From a virus: a stretch of DNA of 41,968 nt. Of the stretch, positions 1 through 8,121 are shown piece by piece. Positions within the stretch are counted from its first letter, which is position 1. The number at the start of each line of letters is the position of its first letter. Location of the stretch: the IMG/VR virus record IMGVR_UViG_3300048918_000145; one strand, written 5' to 3'. The translations under genes and the position numbers were made by a program. The notes beneath the pieces were generated by a model. The model saw nothing but the letters and a program-made list of their open reading frames with translations, was not told the DNA's origin and searched no databases.

Positions 1-127
1 CCGTATTTGAGGGGGTCAATCGAGAACGGGTCGTTGAGTTCGGTGACGACGAGATATTGCCCGTCCGTCATCATGAAATAGCCGTCGATCCACAACAGAT
101 CGATAGGGCCGCCTAAATCGGGGTCGG
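1..127. repeat. Terminal overlap, left copy (identical to 41842-41968). Signature of a circular assembly.
   Basis: Base-by-base comparison of the first 127 nt with the last 127 nt shows identity. The repeat lies inside a coding region. Confidence 0.95.
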
Positions 128-494
128 TCACGGGATCGAAGCTTGATCCGTTCCAGTAGGTCAGCGTGCCGCCCGCGCAGACGGCTAACAGATCGAATGA
201 ATAGTCCATGGCCGTAGGCGTGGCTCCTGCGATTGAGCCAAGCTCAGTGACGACCGCGCCGGCCACGAGAACGAATTTCGATCCCATCGATCGGTAGTGG
301 TCGCCGAGCCAGTTGATAGAGCCCCGATCCGGCCCTGGCCCCGTTGCCGTCTGCACAATGCCGGATGCCGAACGCAGGTAGCCTTTCGACAGACCGCTAT
401 CGACGATCTGGGGCTCCAGGTTCATGGGGTAGGAGGCGAAGAAATCCCCTTCGCTTGTCGCATAGACCCCGGGAAGGATGGGGATGGGGTCCAT
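1..494 (-). CDS. P22 gp10-like packaged-DNA stabilization / tail hub protein, N-terminal part. The gene continues through the circular junction to 40938; the full protein is 466 aa.
   Basis: Hand translation from ATG 494-492 down to base 128 has no stop. It is in frame with ORF 40938..41936 through the 127-bp overlap. The ATG overlaps the TAA of the upstream gene. N-terminus ...YPMNLEPQIVDSGLSKGYLRSASGI resembles P22 gp10 ...LPVNML..SSGYLRSFPGI (from memory). Synteny is gp4-gp10-gp26. Confidence 0.75.
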   Translation of the reverse strand, partial: MDPIPILPGVYATSEGDFFASYPMNLEPQIVDSGLSKGYLRSASGIVQTATGPGPDRGSINWLGDHYRSMGSKFVLVAGAVVTELGSIAGATPTAMDYSFDLLAVCAGGTLTYWNGSSFDPVTDPDLGGPIDLLWIDGYFMMTDGQYLVVTELNDPFSIDPLKY

Positions 495-1249
495 TACTGG
501 CCATAGCCCCCGTAAGGGTTCCATGTGGACCAGGGTTTGTTCCCGGCGCCGCGTGGCGTTCCGCGCTGGAGGGCACGCTCGGGAATCGTCGAGTAGGTGG
601 CCTTGAGCGCCAGGAACCCGCTGGTAAGGGCGGCCTTGGTCTCCGGGCTCATGGTCTTGCCGATGGCGGGCATGATGCGCAGCGCCAGCGACATAACCAC
701 GGTGTTGATCGCTTCGTCCGGGATGCCGGACACATCGGTCAGCAGGCCGCCGCCGAAGGTCGTGGGGGCATTATAGCCGATATCCAGCCCGACGCCGGGG
801 GATTTCCACTCACCCATCAGGGCGTCCAGCCTGCGCAGGGCGGAATAGGTCTCTTCCGGGGTGGCGTCGAACTCGTAGCCCGCCAGACCGATTTCCTCGA
901 ACGCCATTTCGACGATCGTCTGCTTGGTCTGGGTGGACGGGTTCTGTTGCTCGACACTGTCGGCGATGAGCAAGGACCAGATCTGGTTGAAGGTTTCGGG
1001 CGGAGCGCCGTTCACACCCGTTTGCGTCGTCACCTCATACGACACGGTCGCGACCGTCCCGCTGGTCCCGCCTGACAGGGTGACGAAAGTCACGGTCGCC
1101 AGGGTGCGCGAGGAATCCAGCGTCACGCCGTCCACGGTGATGTTGACCGACGTCGGCGGGGTCAGCAGCCCGAGTTCTGACGTCCAATCCACCTCATAGG
1201 TGACGATGTCGTTGGGAGACTTTGCGGGCCAGGTCTGAGCCGGGGTCAT
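494..1249 (-). CDS. P22 gp4-like tail accessory factor (head-to-tail adaptor) with an N-terminal extension of about 100 aa
   Basis: 251-aa ORF. The C-terminal ~150 aa (..RRLDALMGEW..GIPDEAINTVVMSLALRI..RGTPRGAGNKPW..) parallels P22 gp4 (..DDLEAMMAEW..SAVFHNLACRI..RMPTGSGN..). The N-terminal DIVTYEVDWTSEL... beta-rich domain is additional. ATGA overlap with the upstream gene. Confidence 0.65.
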   Translation of the reverse strand: MTPAQTWPAKSPNDIVTYEVDWTSELGLLTPPTSVNITVDGVTLDSSRTLATVTFVTLSGGTSGTVATVSYEVTTQTGVNGAPPETFNQIWSLLIADSVEQQNPSTQTKQTIVEMAFEEIGLAGYEFDATPEETYSALRRLDALMGEWKSPGVGLDIGYNAPTTFGGGLLTDVSGIPDEAINTVVMSLALRIMPAIGKTMSPETKAALTSGFLALKATYSTIPERALQRGTPRGAGNKPWSTWNPYGGYGQ

Positions 1250-2280
1250 GCGGCGGCCTCATAGACGTACTGACCGGCCCGGTTGCGGCCCTTGTACTGA
1301 ACCCTCGGCGCATTGCCGCAGAGCTTGCGGTTGGCCGCGCCAAGGTCGATCTTGCCGTTGTTGTCGTTGTCCGCGAGCGGTGTGACGAAGGCGCAGAGGC
1401 CGGTGATATCCTCCGTCACAGCCGCTCGCGCCGCGCCATCAGCGGCGATCCTCGCCGTGATCTGAGCACGAAGTTGGGCGTCTGTCTGGTTCGTCACCTT
1501 GACACCGCAAAGCGTGACGTTGGTGTTGGACTTGGAGGCGCCCTCTTGGAAATAGAGCACCGTTCCCGCCGCCAGGGCGCCCTCACACGCCTTGATGTCG
1601 AGGGTGTAGCCCTTGGAGACGCCGAAGTTCGTCACGTCGCCTGGAGCGGGCTTCAGGATCAGCCGATCGACCACGAAGGAGCCGCCAGTGTTGCCCTGAA
1701 TGCAGCCCTTCGACCAGTTCGCGCAGGTGATCGTCGAAGCCGTCGCCTGCCCCCAGATGCGGAAAGCTAACCCGACCGTGTCGGCCGTGGCGTTCTCAAA
1801 CCGCAGGTCCGTGGATTTGAAGTCGAACCCGCCGTCGCTGCAATTGTTCGCGAGGATTTCCCGCAAGGTGATGTCGTGCGCCAGCTTCTCGCCGCTGAAG
1901 CAGTCGCCGTTCGGATAGATGCCGTTGATCGGCTTCATGCGGAAGTCGCGGGCAATGACGTTCTCGAGCAGGACGTTCGAGCCGTTGATCACCTCGATCG
2001 CGACCGGCAGGTTTGAGCCGGTCGTCGGCGCCTTCAGCCGGAACACGCAATCCCGAATGACGATGTCGCTCTGACCCTTGTCGATCCGCACGGCGTTGCG
2101 CTCGACTTGGATATTGCAGGCCGAGAGGCGGAGGCCCGTCAGATCGCGCTGTTGACTGTCGAGCCAGCGGTAGGAATTGCTGGGCGTGGTGAAGGGCGCG
2201 CCAGGTTGGCCTGCGACGGTGATGGGCGCGGCGGCGGCCGGGAGGGCGAGAAGGAGCGCTAGGAGGGCGAAGAAGCGCAT
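1246..2280 (-). CDS. Sec-signal-peptide-bearing right-handed beta-helix protein (putative secreted polysaccharide depolymerase)
   Basis: 344-aa ORF. The N-terminus MRFFALLALLLALPAAAA-P is a classical signal peptide with an AxA site. The body has repeated short beta-helix-like rungs (NVLLENVIARDF.., ITLREILANNCSDGGFDF..). Start overlaps the stop of the 835-aa gene. Confidence 0.7.
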   Translation of the reverse strand: MRFFALLALLLALPAAAAPITVAGQPGAPFTTPSNSYRWLDSQQRDLTGLRLSACNIQVERNAVRIDKGQSDIVIRDCVFRLKAPTTGSNLPVAIEVINGSNVLLENVIARDFRMKPINGIYPNGDCFSGEKLAHDITLREILANNCSDGGFDFKSTDLRFENATADTVGLAFRIWGQATASTITCANWSKGCIQGNTGGSFVVDRLILKPAPGDVTNFGVSKGYTLDIKACEGALAAGTVLYFQEGASKSNTNVTLCGVKVTNQTDAQLRAQITARIAADGAARAAVTEDITGLCAFVTPLADNDNNGKIDLGAANRKLCGNAPRVQYKGRNRAGQYVYEAAA

Positions 2281-4787
2281 CAGATCGTCGCCGCTTTGAC
2301 GTAGGAGATTTGGCGCCCCGTGGACGCGCCTTGCGTTTGCGAGATGCGGAACCCGGAGTAGCCTGCGATCAGGACGGCCGATTGCACAAGGTTGGTGATA
2401 ACCGGCGTGCCATCAACCGAGATATTGATCGTCGATTGCGTGGGGGTGACGAGATTATCGACCACGTCCGTTATGGTTATGTGTTTCGTTCCGCTGGTGA
2501 ACGTTCCCGCGATGTCAGACCCAACCTGCGTCGCGACGTTGTTGACGAAGTTGAAGAACTGCCAGGCGCTGGTGGCTTGGTTCCAACGGAACATGAGGAA
2601 GGTCGCTTGAGAGCCTGACACGCGCCAGATCACTGACGGCTGGTCGTTTGCCAGCGTTGCGACGAAGTCGATGTCGCAGGTAATGGCGAGATTGTTGCCA
2701 GGGCTCAGAACTTGGCTGCGAGAGGCGTTGGTGCTCGCCGCGCTGCGAACCGTGACGCCGCCGCCGCCGATGACCGCCGTGTTGGTCGAGCCGCCAGAAA
2801 CGGCCGAATAGCCAGCGCCGACAAGCGGGGTTCGGCCGCTCATGGCATTGCCTGGCGTTCCGGTAAAATCGTCCTCGTAGTAGGTCGTGGGCGTGGGATA
2901 CGGGATATTCGACTGCGTCCCCGACAGCACCCAGGTCGAGCCATTGCCTACGTAGGTTCCGCCCAGCGCCTGATAGACGTCCGCCGGCGACGTTCCGTTG
3001 GTGAAGATCACCGTGCTGCCGTTGACGGGCGATGGGACAGTATCGAACGGACGCACGTTCGGCGCCGTCGTCGAAAGCGTCAGGCCGCACACCGTGCCGT
3101 AGGTGATCGGAATTGGGTTGGTGATCGTGAAGGTGCTGAGCGTCCCCGTGCAAGGGACCGTGGAATTGAACAGCGGATTCGTCGGCGTTCCGATGATCCA
3201 GCCATTGATGACCAGATTGGAAATTGAGGCGACGGTGTTGTTGAACCGGCTGAGAGCGGTAAGCGCGCCGTTGATTACCGTGACGTTGCTAACCGTCGAG
3301 CCGCTGATGAAGTTGATCACTTCGGAGTGCGTGCCGACGTAGTTATCGGTGATGCCCGATACGTAGACGTTCTGCACAATCGGCTGGTAGGTGCTGGTTT
3401 CGTCCTGCGAGACCCAAAGCCCGTGCGTAAGCTGGAGGTTTTGGTTGATGCCCTCAATCCGCAGGCCGTTCATGTCAGCATCGAAGCTGACCCACTCCTG
3501 GAAGTCGCGGAGGTTCTCGAACTCGACATTCCAGTCGTGCGCCGGATCGCTGAGCGGGCCGGTGACATATCCGCGCTTGCCGACCATGAGGAAGCGGCGC
3601 GCTCCAGGCGCTTGGGCCGCATCGGACGACGTGAAGTTGCGGCCCTTGATGTTGTACATGTAGAAGCCGTTGCCTTGTTGCAGGCGGAAGGCTTGGCGGG
3701 CGTAGTTTCCCTGCCTGACAAAGGCGATGTTCTCCGCCCACGCATCATGGACGTCGGCGCCGTCCTGCCAGCCGTTGCCATACAGGATCGAGCTTGTGCT
3801 TTGCGCCGTCTTGGCGGCCCACGACAGGCCGTCGTCGGCCACTTGCAGGGCCGGAATTTCCCGAACGTAGAAGTGGTTCGAGCCGTTGAAAAAGTCGTAA
3901 CCGTCTTGGTTGACGACGTTGGTCGAGAAGATCTGTGAGCCGTTGTAATCGGCGTGCATGACGCCGGCTGCGTTGATCGCCGTCAGCTCGGCGGTGATCT
4001 TGCCGCCCTTGATGAAAAGCCCCGCGACGGAGGCGAATATCATCCCCGAGTTCTGCTTGAGGTGCGTGGACTGCGAGGCGAAAAGGCCGTTCCAATAGGT
4101 GGTCGTACCGCCTGACCCCTCGTCCCAGATCATCAGGTTCGTGTCAGTTCGGGTCTGCGTCGATTGGTTCGGGTTCTTCACCATCGGGCAGTTGGAGTTG
4201 AGGGTCAGATTGATGACCGTGCTCGGCGCCGTGATGATCCCGCTGTTGGCATATATCACCAGCGAGTTGTTCAGGTAATAGGTGCCGTTGAGGCGCACCC
4301 GGCCGCCCGTCGCAAGCACTGCATTGATCGCCGCCGTGTCGGTCGCGCCGGTCGCGTCCCCGCTTGGCGCAACGCTGGAATAGGCCGGGCCGCACGAAAT
4401 GCTGATCGGAAAGAAGCCGAGTTTGCCGGCGCTGTCCGTGATCGTGATCCAGCCCCAAAAGTAGCCGTTCGCGGTCGGTGTACCGGTGATGCCGCCCGTC
4501 GCCGGGTTGAAGGTCAGGCCATTTGGCAGCGTGGACGTGCGGCCCGAATAGCAGCCGGTCAGGCCGGTCGGGAGCGTGCCGTTCAGCGTAAAAGTGTAGG
4601 TCCCATTGCCGCCAACGATCGTCTGCGGCCCGGCATAGGTGTAGGCTGAACCAACCGTGCCGTAGGGCAGCGGCGTGTTCGCGGCGGTGATTGATCCGAA
4701 CCGCGCGGTATCGGCGATGCCCCCGCCTCCGCCCGCGACAACCCCGGACAGCAGCGTCGGCAGGGGCTGAATCAGGGAGCTGAACAT
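2280..4787 (-). CDS. Large tail fiber / tailspike-like protein: putative Ig-like N-terminus, pectate-lyase-type beta-helix, lectin-like C-terminus
   Basis: 835-aa ORF. YTFTLNGTLPTGL..GGITGTPT resembles a putative-Ig repeat. GDATGATDTAAINAVLATGGRVRLNGTYYL is typical of pectate_lyase_3 depolymerase domains. The C-terminal 200 aa look like a ConA/LamG-type jelly roll. Confidence 0.75.
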   Translation of the reverse strand: MFSSLIQPLPTLLSGVVAGGGGGIADTARFGSITAANTPLPYGTVGSAYTYAGPQTIVGGNGTYTFTLNGTLPTGLTGCYSGRTSTLPNGLTFNPATGGITGTPTANGYFWGWITITDSAGKLGFFPISISCGPAYSSVAPSGDATGATDTAAINAVLATGGRVRLNGTYYLNNSLVIYANSGIITAPSTVINLTLNSNCPMVKNPNQSTQTRTDTNLMIWDEGSGGTTTYWNGLFASQSTHLKQNSGMIFASVAGLFIKGGKITAELTAINAAGVMHADYNGSQIFSTNVVNQDGYDFFNGSNHFYVREIPALQVADDGLSWAAKTAQSTSSILYGNGWQDGADVHDAWAENIAFVRQGNYARQAFRLQQGNGFYMYNIKGRNFTSSDAAQAPGARRFLMVGKRGYVTGPLSDPAHDWNVEFENLRDFQEWVSFDADMNGLRIEGINQNLQLTHGLWVSQDETSTYQPIVQNVYVSGITDNYVGTHSEVINFISGSTVSNVTVINGALTALSRFNNTVASISNLVINGWIIGTPTNPLFNSTVPCTGTLSTFTITNPIPITYGTVCGLTLSTTAPNVRPFDTVPSPVNGSTVIFTNGTSPADVYQALGGTYVGNGSTWVLSGTQSNIPYPTPTTYYEDDFTGTPGNAMSGRTPLVGAGYSAVSGGSTNTAVIGGGGVTVRSAASTNASRSQVLSPGNNLAITCDIDFVATLANDQPSVIWRVSGSQATFLMFRWNQATSAWQFFNFVNNVATQVGSDIAGTFTSGTKHITITDVVDNLVTPTQSTINISVDGTPVITNLVQSAVLIAGYSGFRISQTQGASTGRQISYVKAATI

Positions 4788-5218
4788 CAGGTTCCCAGCG
4801 AGCCGATGGCGACGTAGATGTTCTGGCCCGGATTACCGAGCTTGATGAATTGGGCGACTTTGTACTGCCCCTGAGTCACTAGGCCCGGCAGGGCGGTGTT
4901 GATGGTGACGTTTGTGTCGGGGGCAATGGTGGTGGCGCCCGCGCCTTCCTGAATCACCGTGGTGATCGTGCCGGGTGGAAAACTGGACGCCTTCAGGGTG
5001 AGAACCTGCGGCGACGCCGAGTTCATCCGATACACCAGCGCATTGTGCGTGGTGCTCGCCGTCGCTGACGTGACGATGCGTTCAGAGGCGGCATAATCGG
5101 TCGCCTGCTCGATGAAGGTGTCCGCCAGACCCGTGGCCAGCAGATAGGCTTCATCCGAGCCCCAATAGAGCGTTCCCGCTGCGCTTCCGTTGTAGGCTTG
5201 TTTGAGACGAACCGGCAT
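4787..5218 (-). CDS. Hypothetical virion-module protein (143 aa)
   Basis: In-frame ATG at 5218-5216 (MPVRLKQAYNG...) forms an ATGA overlap with the stop of the upstream 169-aa gene. The longer 329-aa ORF in the track overlaps that gene and is unlikely. Confidence 0.6.
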   Translation of the reverse strand: MPVRLKQAYNGSAAGTLYWGSDEAYLLATGLADTFIEQATDYAASERIVTSATASTTHNALVYRMNSASPQVLTLKASSFPPGTITTVIQEGAGATTIAPDTNVTINTALPGLVTQGQYKVAQFIKLGNPGQNIYVAIGSLGT

Positions 5219-5727
5219 CAGACGACAAAGCCCCAAGCGTTGACGCACGCATGCGTGTTGCCCGCGCCAAGCGACGGGAGGGTGACGACGATCGCGGTAT
5301 TGGCCGCCGACGCCGGACGCGCCGTGTCGAAGACCACAGTCAGCGCCTGGATAGCCGTGGTGACTCCGGCCGGAGCGGTGACGATGTAGCTGTTCGTCCC
5401 GCCGAGCAGGCCGGTCAGGGTGGCGACGACGTTGGAAGCGCCCGTCGCCCCCGCGCCCGTGATCGTGAAGCCTTCGATGTAGTTGGTCTTGCCCGAGACC
5501 GCAGGGAGGGTGGCCACAGCCGAAGCCGCCGCGACGTTGCCGCTGGTCGAGCCCACGACGGTCGAGCCGTAGGGGCGCGTTGCGTTGGAAATCGGGGTCG
5601 GGTTGCCGCTGGCGTCGGTGACCTGCACCGCAGGGACCAGATATTGCCCTGCGTTGCCGTTGACGTCCGTGACCGGCGCGAGAGACCCGACCGTGCCTTG
5701 CTGGGAACCTGAGTAGGTGAGTGCCAT
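5218..5727 (-). CDS. Hypothetical Gly/Ala/Thr-rich protein immediately after the coat gene (possible capsid decoration or fiber component)
   Basis: 169-aa ORF with GGAGGGG-type SD upstream of the ATG. Position is directly downstream of the major capsid gene. Confidence 0.6.
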   Translation of the reverse strand: MALTYSGSQQGTVGSLAPVTDVNGNAGQYLVPAVQVTDASGNPTPISNATRPYGSTVVGSTSGNVAAASAVATLPAVSGKTNYIEGFTITGAGATGASNVVATLTGLLGGTNSYIVTAPAGVTTAIQALTVVFDTARPASAANTAIVVTLPSLGAGNTHACVNAWGFVV

Positions 5728-5746
5728 CTGATCCCCTCCGAGGATC

Positions 5747-5776
5747 GTGAACGGGAAGCCGAAGCCGCCCGTTCAC
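5747..5776 (-). terminator. Stem-loop between the coat gene and the next gene (attenuator or mRNA-stabilising hairpin)
   Basis: GTGAACGGG (5747-5755) pairs perfectly with CCCGTTCAC (5768-5776): a 9-bp stem with a 12-nt loop. It sits 10 nt after the coat stop codon. No U-tract. Confidence 0.45.
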
Positions 5777-5785
5777 TGTTTGTTC

Positions 5786-7060
5786 CTAGGTTTGCGAGAA
5801 CAGCTCGATGCCGGCCATTTCCGGGTTCAAGCAGACGGTCCCGTACAGGGTGTCGAAGCGGTACTTGGTCGTCAGGTCGTTGATGGCGCCCTGACGGGTC
5901 ATCACCAGCTCGATGCCGTCGTCCGTGGTGCCGCGCATCACCGCCATGCCGGAGTCCGTCGCGGGCATCAGGCGGCCCGGCAGGATTTCCATGCAGTCGC
6001 CCGCCCAGAAGACGTTCTGGTAGCCGGTGACGGTGTTGAGGAACGTCAGGTCGGCGTTGTTGGCCGGGGTGGCTGTGACGTTCTGGTACTGCGCCTCGGC
6101 CGGAGTGGCGCCGCCGTTCGAGATGATCGGCGGGGTGATCTGGATCGTGCCCGAGCCACCCGCGCCCGTGACGATCGCCACAACGCGGAAAGTCTTGGGC
6201 AGGCCCGTATCCTGCTTGGTGATGTGGTGGCAGGCGTTAACGCCCGCGATGGTGAACGCATCGCCCACCTTCACTGTCGAGCCGCCGACCGTGATAGAGA
6301 TCGTCTGGAAGCGGTTATCGACGTTGTTGTAGGTGAGGCCGTCCGCCGAAACCACCGTCGCCGCCGGAGTGTAGTACAGCGGGTTGGTGTTGGTGATCTT
6401 GACGGTCGTGGCGGTCTTGGCGGCGAGGCTTTGAGCGTAGTTCAGCTTGTAGGTGTCGAAGCCGGCCACCTGGCCGATGTAGGCGCGCTCGTAAGCCTTC
6501 AGCGACTTGCTGTTGTCCAGCACGCGGCTGGCAAGGTTGCTGGCCATGTTGTTGTAGTCGGACGGGCTGGCGCCATAGACGCGGCCGTCTTCCTGGATGC
6601 CCAGAACGGTCATGGTCGAGTCACACAGGGCCAGGTCGTCGAAGCCCGTGGCTGCGCCCGTGCGCTTGACGACGATGGAGCCGTAAGCGGCGGCGGTCGC
6701 GGTCAACGAGACGTTGATGTCAGACGCCAGCTTTTGACGCGCGCCCAGGCCCAGACGGCCTTCTTGCAGTTGGTCGCGAAGCTGCTTGGCGGTCAGGGTG
6801 AACGGGACCGACTTTTGCACGTTGATCGACGACGGAACCGAGAGCTGCGTGACGTCCTTGAAGTTCGACGTCATGTCGTTGCCGGTGTACGACGTCATGA
6901 TGTAGGGCATCGGACGCCAAATGGTGTCGTTGGTCCGCTCCATCGTTTCCTGATTGGTGCGGTAGACACGCGCCATCTTGGTGGCGACGATGCTGTCATC
7001 GAACGCTTCGAGCACTTGGTCGAACGCGACGATCTCTTCCTTTGAAAAGCCGTTAGCCAC
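5786..7060 (-). CDS. Major capsid protein, P22 coat-protein family
   Basis: 424-aa ORF with GTG start preceded by AGGAG at 8 nt. N-terminal pattern ..EEIVAFDQVLEAFDDSIV..NDTIWRPMP.. parallels P22 gp5 ..QIVTLAVDEIIETI..SNTIWMPVE... Gene order is portal-scaffold-coat. Confidence 0.85.
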   Translation of the reverse strand: MANGFSKEEIVAFDQVLEAFDDSIVATKMARVYRTNQETMERTNDTIWRPMPYIMTSYTGNDMTSNFKDVTQLSVPSSINVQKSVPFTLTAKQLRDQLQEGRLGLGARQKLASDINVSLTATAAAYGSIVVKRTGAATGFDDLALCDSTMTVLGIQEDGRVYGASPSDYNNMASNLASRVLDNSKSLKAYERAYIGQVAGFDTYKLNYAQSLAAKTATTVKITNTNPLYYTPAATVVSADGLTYNNVDNRFQTISITVGGSTVKVGDAFTIAGVNACHHITKQDTGLPKTFRVVAIVTGAGGSGTIQITPPIISNGGATPAEAQYQNVTATPANNADLTFLNTVTGYQNVFWAGDCMEILPGRLMPATDSGMAVMRGTTDDGIELVMTRQGAINDLTTKYRFDTLYGTVCLNPEMAGIELFSQT

Positions 7061-7184
7061 GATATGGGCTCCTATGCTTGGGATTTAGGGTGAGTAAGCG
7101 AATGCAAGACTTCCCCGCGCGTGCGGAGATGTGTTGCTCGTGACCTACTCACCTGTCCCAGCCGGTGGCCGCTGTCATATCAGA

Positions 7185-7202
7185 GCGGTAACAGGTTACC
7201 GC
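7185..7202. other. 18-bp palindrome GCGGTAAC-AG-GTTACCGC in the scaffold-coat intergenic region
   Basis: Read directly. Both 8-bp arms are perfectly complementary. It lies 20 nt downstream of the scaffold stop on the minus strand. Confidence 0.5.
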
Positions 7203-7221
7203 ATCCGCTACGGCAAAGCAA

Positions 7222-8085
7222 CTACCCGCGGGCGGCCTTGCCGTGGATGTCCAGGCCGTGCTTCTCGCGATATTTCTTCAGCTCACCCCGATCGGTCGCG
7301 GTCGCGCTCAAGCGCTCGTATTCCTTCTCGGCGGACGACGCGCCGCGAGACAGGGGGGCCGAACCCCGGACAGTGGTTTCAGGGTCGGGCGCTCGGCGGC
7401 GGGTGGTCATCTTCAGTCCCTTTTCCAGATCGACGGTGGCGACGGCGAGTTTGATCGGGTCCTTGATCGCCGCCAAAGCAGCCAGGCGTTGCGGGCTCTT
7501 GTGCAGGGCGTAGGTGACCAGGGCGCCGTTCTTCGCCGCCTTGACCAGCACGGCTTGCTGCATGGTGTTCAGCGTGCCCGTGACGGCCTGCAAGGCGTCC
7601 TTGTAGTCGGGAACCTTGAGCTCACGCCCTTGCGCCGCATAACGATCGAGTTCGGCTTGCCATTCGGCCTGCGCCGCTTCCTGCTCGCGCTGCGCCTCGG
7701 TCTGCGCTTGGTCGAACTGAGCCTTTTTCTCCTTCCAGGCGTCGAGTTCAGCCTCGAAGCGGTCGGGATCGTACTCGCAGCTCGCCAGGGTGGGCTTGTC
7801 GCCGATTTCGACGGCCGGCGCCGTGTGCTGGGTCTCCAGTTCCTTGATGCGCATCGCCTGTTGGCGGTTCTGGCGCCTCAGATCGGCGTAGCGCTCACGC
7901 TTTTCGGGCGGAAGGTCGGCAAGTTCGTCGTCCTCCTCGGCTTCGTCGCCAAACAGGACGACAATCTCGCCCTCCCCTTCGTCTTCAGGGGCCTCAGACC
8001 CCTCCGTGGCCTCATCTTCCTGGGTTTGGTCCTCAATCAGGTCGTCAAGGCTGGGCGCGGCGTCAAGTTCGGCTTGGTTAGCCAT
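7222..8085 (-). CDS. Scaffolding protein
   Basis: 287-aa ORF between portal and coat. It has a very acidic N-terminus, long predicted coiled coil (E/Q/A-rich) and a basic helical C-terminus, as in P22 gp8. Confidence 0.7.
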   Translation of the reverse strand: MANQAELDAAPSLDDLIEDQTQEDEATEGSEAPEDEGEGEIVVLFGDEAEEDDELADLPPEKRERYADLRRQNRQQAMRIKELETQHTAPAVEIGDKPTLASCEYDPDRFEAELDAWKEKKAQFDQAQTEAQREQEAAQAEWQAELDRYAAQGRELKVPDYKDALQAVTGTLNTMQQAVLVKAAKNGALVTYALHKSPQRLAALAAIKDPIKLAVATVDLEKGLKMTTRRRAPDPETTVRGSAPLSRGASSAEKEYERLSATATDRGELKKYREKHGLDIHGKAARG

Positions 8086-8121
8086 GGGATATCCTTCTAC
8101 TCGCCGTGAAGCTGGCGGCTG

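Noticed and set aside
1-127. Terminal repeat as a physical phage DTR, LTR or IS end
   Set aside because: The repeat lies within a coding sequence, and joining the ends restores a full-length gp10-like gene. Assembly overlap of a circular or permuted genome is the simpler explanation.
4787-5776. 329-aa minus-strand ORF spanning two genes
   Set aside because: Its N-terminal two-thirds is an Arg/Gly-rich alternative frame of the 169-aa gene. An internal ATG at 5218 forms an ATGA junction with that gene's stop, giving a clean 143-aa protein.
5747-7045. Very long plus-strand ORFs antisense to structural genes (5747-7045 with 432 aa, 9202-10242 with 346 aa, 7243-8109 with 288 aa, 344-1075 with 243 aa, and others)
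   Set aside because: They mirror well-supported minus-strand genes (coat, portal, scaffold, gp4-like). They are Arg/Gly/Val/Asp-rich, as expected for antisense translation of high-GC coding DNA, and lack SD or coupling signals.
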